The position numbers and the translations under genes were made by a program. A DNA stretch of 61,929 nucleotides, counting the filler. It is 11 parts of 11 records of this genome, joined end to end, with 100 filler letters (N's around TTAATTAATTAA, not from the genome) between each part and the next. Parts side by side here need not be neighbours in the genome. Positions count along the whole stretch, not along the records: positions 54,073 to 61,929 come from SRR7504441_13298; 10 more parts are not named here. One strand, given 5' to 3'. Numbering within the stretch: position 1 is the stretch's first letter; every line of letters starts with the position of its first letter. The notes under the pieces were generated by a model. That model saw nothing but the letters and a program-made list of their open reading frames with translations. It did not search any database and was not told the DNA's origin. This document shows positions 56,010-61,929 of this stretch, one piece after another.

Positions 56010-58825
56010 TCATTTATGTTTACGTGTACCAGTACCTAACTGATTGGCGCGCGAGTCCCTGTCATCCCGGCGATCATGGTCCTTGCGCGACTTCCTGTCG
56101 TCTCTACGATCGCGATCGCAGTCCCTGCGCGAGTTGCGGTTGTCCCGGCGGTCGTAGTCCCGGTCTCTGTGGTCACCGTCCCACCGGGGCTGCCGTCTTT
56201 GCTCTTGCTGCTTTGGCCTCTTCGCCTTCCCATTCTCCGGAGAGTTGGACCGTTTCCGAACTTGCGCTACCCGTTTTGGATCGGGCGACTTTGGAGCTAT
56301 TGCCCCAAACCGGACGCCCCAGCCCTGGCACTGATCTTTACTGAGCCTCTTGAGCACGCGGCAGCGTTTGCAATGCTCGACTAGCAGTGACCAGTTGGTC
56401 TCGCAGTTGAGCGTCTCGCTGTCGCCGACTATAATAAGCCCGTACTGAGCCCTGACCCTCCCCGTCAGAGCTCTGCAGCCCAAAAGCCGCCACCTAGTGA
56501 GCGCCACATTCATCCGCCGCCAGTCAGCAACAAACCCGACCCCTCGGCTGCCAGCCCGGACGAGTGACAGAATCACGATGCTTTTCTCACGGCCCTGGAA
56601 CCCATCGACGCTGTCCACCTCCAGATTGGGCAGCCCGAGCAAACCTTGCTGCTTGAGCATCTGCTTGATAGCAACCACCTGCGCCTGTCCCACACATTGG
56701 CTGAGTCCGGTCTAGCAACTCGCCTTGTAAGGGGTGACAACGCCGATGCTCAGGTCATGCAGGTGGCCGCTGCACAGACTCCACGAACTGATCAGCCCAC
56801 ACACCACTGCCGCCTCGCCCTGGTTCTGCCATGACGACCCCACCTGGCCGCAGCCTGCGCCCTGCTTGCCAAGCGCTCCACCTCTCTGGTCTCAGTGTGA
56901 CCTGCCGTGTCCAAGAACTGGAGAGGCTCCAGCAGCCGCTGCTTGTACGCCCGAGAAACCTCGCCGGGCGTGCTGGTGCGAGTCTTGAGCCGGCCAGCGT
57001 AAAAGTGCTCTGAGGGGAATCGGCATATGTCCGCCACCTGACGGTGGCTTGTTCAGCCAGCTGGGGCAACACACCATCCGGTACTGCTCCTGGAGGCAGC
57101 ACACCTGGTGCTCGCAGCTCTGGAGCCGTTCGAACAGCGACCGGTCGTATCCGAGCTGCTTGGCGCGGGTGGAGAGCACAGTGGGCGGCAGCTGGTGTGG
57201 GTCGCCCACCAGGATGCACCGGGCGCAGTTGTGTTGGAGCGCGATCAGCGAGGAGAGCTCGACCGCCTGTGTGGCCTCGTCGATCACAACGGTCTCGAAG
57301 CCAGCCTCTAGCAAGAACATCTCCTCCCTGGCCGCTCCCGACAGCGTGCACGCCACCACGTCAGCCTCGGCCAGCGCTGCGGCTGCGGCGGCCAGCTGCT
57401 GCTGCTCAGACACCCGCTGGCTCTTCAGACTCTCGAGCTCGCGCTTGACCAGGTCCTTCTCCTCGTGCAGCGCCTGGCCCGACCCTGCCGCCCGGCCAGA
57501 AGCCCACGCACCGACAGCTCGTGGGTTGCCTCCACGTATTCGGCCGAGCGTTCGTAGTCGGCATTGGCCTGCAGCTCGGCGTCGGGGAGCGCTCTCCTCC
57601 GCTCGTGAGCCTCACCAATCATCTCACTCAGCTCGCGCAGCCGCGTCTGGCCGGCCAGGATCCGGCCCGATTTGTGGTCCGACTTGGGGCCAAAATCGCG
57701 GGCCACCACTTGGTCAATGTGGCATTCGAGCACTAGCGGATCTAGCGATTCGATCGAGCCCACCCGGACAACCCTCAGCTCCCGGCCTTGCCCGCCCGAC
57801 CGCAGCAGCCGCGAGACCACTTCATCCACCGCCCCATTCGACGGGGCGCACACCAGCAGCGGGCCGGACCTGGCAGGAGAGAGCCGGTGCCGTATGATCT
57901 CGCAGATGGTCCGGGTCTTGCCGGTGCCGGGCGGGCCCTGAAGCAGCATGAAACCTCGCTCGAGGGTGGCGGCCTGGGTGACCGCCTTTCTCTGGAGCTC
58001 ATTCAGGCACGAGCCGTCGAGCTCAGCTGCTACGTTCTGGCTCACAGCCCCGTAGTGTGCCCCGGCGCCCGAGAGCACTGTATGCCGGAGCGAGCTCTCG
58101 CGCTGCCGGAAAGCTTCTAACGCGGCGTACTCGCGGAAACTAGTGCTCAAGTTGGTGATCCGGTCGAGCTGCCAGTACGAGCCCTCGCTGAACGCCTTCA
58201 CGAACCGCTTGATATGCCCCGGGCTCGACAGCCGCAGGTTGAGCACAAGCTCAATCGAACCTGCGTTCCGTGAATGGAGCAGTCCCAAGGCATACACGCC
58301 CTCCGGGTTGTGAATCCGGAGCAAGTCGTTCGATTTGAGCTCGGCAGTCGCCTCCTCCACGTCCAGCCGCGCGAACGTTATCCCGCCCTGCTTGTACCCC
58401 TTTTTGCTCAGCCGCCCCGACAGGCTCAGCCGGCCCCGACGGGCCTCCTCAGACTCGGCAATCTCGCACAGCAACAGCGGGCGCAGCACCTCGCAGTACT
58501 CGCTCGCCTGGCTGAACCGGCTCGGCACCGGCCGCCCCGGCTCGGGCGGGCAGCAACGGAGCTGCCCATCGGTGTGCTCCCAGTGGAGCACCTTGTTCCG
58601 CAGCTCGGTCACCGCCGCCCGCTGAAGCTCCCGTCTCTTGGCTGCGGTCTGCCGCTGCTCCAGGGACCGCCGGATCGGGCTCTCATCTGGGCTGTCGGAG
58701 CTGCTCTCGTCGGGGTCCGAGCTGGAGCTCTCCTCGTCGGAGCTGGCCACGCTGCTGCTGGCCACGCTCTCGGCAGCCCCGCCCGGCTCGCAGCCCTCGT
58801 CCTCGGCATCGCAGTCCACGGACAT
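56010..58825 (-). CDS. Sen1/senataxin-like SF1 (Upf1-like) helicase, 5 introns
   Basis: [88 protein letters not shown]; upstream [14 protein letters not shown] is Sen1-type. Confidence 0.9.
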
Positions 58826-58869
58826 CGAGTGCTCAAAAAACAACGGACAGCCGGCCACCCGCCAGTGAA

Positions 58870-59862
58870 ATGGCCGAGCTTCGGAGGCTTGGGAGCACAG
58901 TGGTGCAGGCGGCCCGATTCCGGCGGCTGCGCAACCCGCCTGGCCCGCCTGATCCGCTGCCACCGCCAATGGTCCCGATGGACGGGCCCGAGGGCCGCCG
59001 GCTGGGCCAGCGGGCCGCGATCGACCGGCGGTTACTCGAGGCGCTCACCCCCCAGCGCCACCCGGCCTTCTGCGGGCTGGCCACCGTGGCCACCGTGCTC
59101 CGCCGGGCGGGCCGGCTGCGCGAACCACTGGAAGATCAGCTCAGGTCCCCCTGAGGAGGGTAGTCTGACGCCGCGGCAGTGTGATGCGGCGGTTCGGCCG
59201 GGGGTTTCCAGCCGGGTGGTTCGAGGCGCTAGGATTCCCGATGCTAGACGCCTGGTGAGCCCTAGCCGGCCGGTCAGGACTGGGCTTGCGGCAGCCCAAC
59301 GACGGCCAGTCCGTTGCTTCGCCTGCTCAATCGGCATTTAGTTTATAGTGGGATTTCGCTGGCCTCGGTCCGGGTGCGGCCCGGAGCGCCGAGGGGGCTG
59401 AGGAGGCCCGCAGCTGCTGCTGGAGTCGCACGGGCTGCGGACCGAGATGTACGCGGCCGTGGGCGAGCAGGAGGCCTTGGGTCAGTTCAGGGCTCGGCTG
59501 GACGCCGCGCTCAACAGCCCTGGCCAGTCTGTGATCTGCTTGAACTACTCGCGCGGGGAACTCGGCCAGTGGCCACCCAACAACGGGCACGTGGCGCCGG
59601 TGGGCGGGTGGGATCCTGAATCGGATAGGTCCAGCCTGATCGTACAGCCGGTGAGGCGTTGGGCAGGCTTCTGGTGCTCGACACTAACGTGAATAGGTAC
59701 CCTCACGGCTGGGTGGCAATCGAGGCCATGTGGCGAGGTGTCCGGCTTGTTGCCCTTGGAACCACTGACGGCTCGGGCGGTGCAGCGATGGCCCGTAAGA
59801 CGAACGTTGGGAAGCCTAGAGGCTACGTCGTGTGCGCACTTGATCATTCACATGAAAACTGA
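58870..59862 (+). CDS. Phytochelatin synthase-like protein, catalytic domain only, about 5 introns
   Basis: QRHPAFCGLAT (catalytic Cys), LNYSRGELGQ...GHVAPVGGW (His), LLVLDTNVNRYPHGWV (Asp), KPRGYV. No Cys-rich C-terminal domain. Confidence 0.85.
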
Positions 59863-60040
59863 TTCAATAGTAGACCAGCTACGTACGTACGAGTACTCGT
59901 ACTCCACCAGATAGAGACTCGGGTCGTCGACTGTCGTCGTCACAATTCGTACATAATTCGATTATATATGCGCGTTACTTCAATGGCATGTCAATGGTGG
60001 CTGTCAACATGACTGTGAGTGCTCGCCACCATCAGCATCA

Positions 60041-60589
60041 TCACGCAGCACTTAGATGCTACTTAGATGCTTCAATGAATCCGGGGAACTGCATCTCCAA
60101 GCACGCTAAAACTAACCTTACTTCGGAACACTCTTCAGAACCAAACTTGAGTGATCTCTCCGAAATGTGGGTAGGGGCCTACAGAATAGCCTCCTTCCTT
60201 TGCTAAAGATCGAGGCTGTGTCGATCGGTCGAGTCAGCTTTAGACCATAGTGCTTCTGCTGCCTCAGGTGTGCATGTTGTCGGGTGCAAGTTACGCTGCT
60301 TGCACACCATTGCTACAAACTCGTCTTTGCTTATCATGCCGTCGCTATTCCTATCCGCCTGCCAGAACAAGTCCGTGAAATTCGCATGCATTCTATCGTA
60401 CTCCTTGGTGTTGGAGGGAATTCAAAATGCCTCAGAGGGAGAACAATGTGTTGGATGCAACGTCAAGGGCAGTTGAGGAAGACAGCACATCGCTACGGGA
60501 ACTAGGGTCCACCTACTCTAAGTATGATCGAGCTGCTTATGGTCGTCGTGGTGGACGTCCTTGAAGGGAGTAAACTACGGGTCGGGCAT
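60041..60589 (-). pseudogene. Probable EF-hand pseudogene with multiple in-frame stops
   Basis: One frame from ATG 60589 carries the EF loop DRNSDGMISKDEF and a second degenerate loop, but is interrupted by five TAG codons and one TGA. Confidence 0.5.
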
Positions 60590-60679
60590 TGTTAACCAAA
60601 CAAGACACTGCATTTCATTTAAGATAATTGGGATAACAAAGATAAACTCAATAACACATTGCTTCTTTATTGATCTTGA

Positions 60680-61929
60680 CTAGACTAATCCGAGTTTGAC
60701 TAGTTTCGTTTGAAGCTTGATCAAATCAGACAACACAGCAACTCGTTCTTGTGTCTCTTCCATCTCTGCCCAATTTTCAGGGTTGACAGCCATTGTGAGT
60801 TCCGATTCGAGGGTTGCTATTCGTTCTCGCATTTCAATATTCTCCCCATTCCGCGATTCAAGCTCCTGGGCTTGCCTTTTTGCGGTTCTCAGAACTTCCC
60901 CGTACCCATGCTCCAATCTCTCCATCAGTCCGCCGTAAAAGGCAATCTTATTTTCGAAGGCCTTCATCTGAGTGCAGCTACTCTCTCTGGATTCCCGAAG
61001 GCTGTTTTCTAGCAGCTTCCTATCAAATTCCAGGGAAGATAAGGTCTTGGAGTGTTTGGCATTTAAGGATTCAAAAAGTGCATGTTGCGAAGAGCATAGC
61101 TGCATCCACATGTCAGTCAACACACGCAAACCTGATGAGGGCACACCTCTACCATTTCAGTGGCAACGGCTGCTTGTCCAGCACGTGCCTCGGCCAGTAC
61201 CACATCCATAGCAGCGTCACTTGTCTCCATGAGCTTTTCGTTCTGTCCTAAGTTGCCCTGAAAATTGGATTGATTGCTCAGTAGTTGGTCTTGCAGCTCA
61301 TGTATCCTTCTCTGTTGTCCTGCAGACTCCACGGCAAACTGCTCTCGCTCCGAATTATGGCTTGCTATCAGTGTATCCTGATGCTCTTCAGTCGTTGAAA
61401 GCGCTTGCTGCAGCTCAGCAACATGGTTTTGTAGTCTATTGAGCTCATCTTGAGAGTGTAGCTGCTCTTTTGCCCTCTGGTTATTCTCTTTCATGACTTC
61501 AGCAAGTTTAAGCTGCAGCAATTCAACTGTATTACTTTGAGCATCGTGCCATATTGCCCGGTTCTCTGAAGCGCGGTTGGCCCTGTCCACTTCTGCTGTC
61601 TCACGGAACCAGCCCGGTCGCTTCGCTTCAGTCTGGGCCCTGTGGGCGCTTGCTGCTCGCTCTGGACTCTCCAGAACTGCAGCCGCCGGATGGCTGGGGA
61701 CCTCCGCCTCTGGGCCACTGCTCTCCGCGCGCGGCTCAGCAGCCACAGCGCCACCCGATCCACCCCGCTGCCCGAACCACCCCGGCTGCCCCGCCACCTG
61801 CGCGCTGTCGCCCGGACCCAGCTCAGCCTGTCCCGGCCCTGAGCTCGGCCCCGGCCGGGGTGCACCTTGATCTGCCGGGCCTCGTCCAGCCCGTGCTGCT
61901 GCCGGGCCTTGAACGCCGCGCTGCCGGAG
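60680..61929 (-). CDS. Coiled-coil protein (5' partial)
   Basis: ORFs 61117-61797 and 60680-61144 are joined by a 47-nt GT-AG intron; heptad-rich. Confidence 0.65.

Noticed and set aside
56040-56170. RD/RRD-rich repeats at the Sen1-like C-terminus
   Set aside because: Ordinary low-complexity charged tail common in RNA-processing proteins.

Overview
This window is not one locus. It is 11 short eukaryotic contigs joined by ten identical artificial 100-bp linkers (N-run + TTAATTAATTAA + N-run), so gene neighbourhoods are only meaningful within a contig. The DNA comes from a gene-dense, GC-rich microbial eukaryote (lineage not determinable from sequence alone). Its genes are split by many tiny spliceosomal introns, mostly 35-47 nt with GT donors, plus several GC donors and one apparent GA donor, so the ORF track fragments most genes. 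Manually spliced genes include a TEY MAP kinase, an NT-C2 coiled-coil protein, a PPR protein, an ABCD transporter fragment, a TBC1D20-like RabGAP, a phosphonatase-like HAD hydrolase, two kinesins, EFL1/RIA1, a cNMP-gated channel fragment, VPS13, an LtrA-like protein, a Sen1-like helicase, a short phytochelatin synthase and TE remnants. The most unusual items are: (1) an intronless gene encoding SAM domain + stand-alone type I PKS ketosynthase (Cys-His-His intact) + MYND zinc finger, sitting in an intron-free block with an extended SDR and a secreted beta-helix/ricin protein; (2) a PCIF1/CAPAM-type m6A methyltransferase fused to ankyrin repeats, a Zn finger and an hnRNP-Q/NURR-like domain; (3) non-canonical splicing and ultra-short (about 45 bp) divergent intergenic gaps. 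All family calls are from motif recognition by eye; no database search was run.
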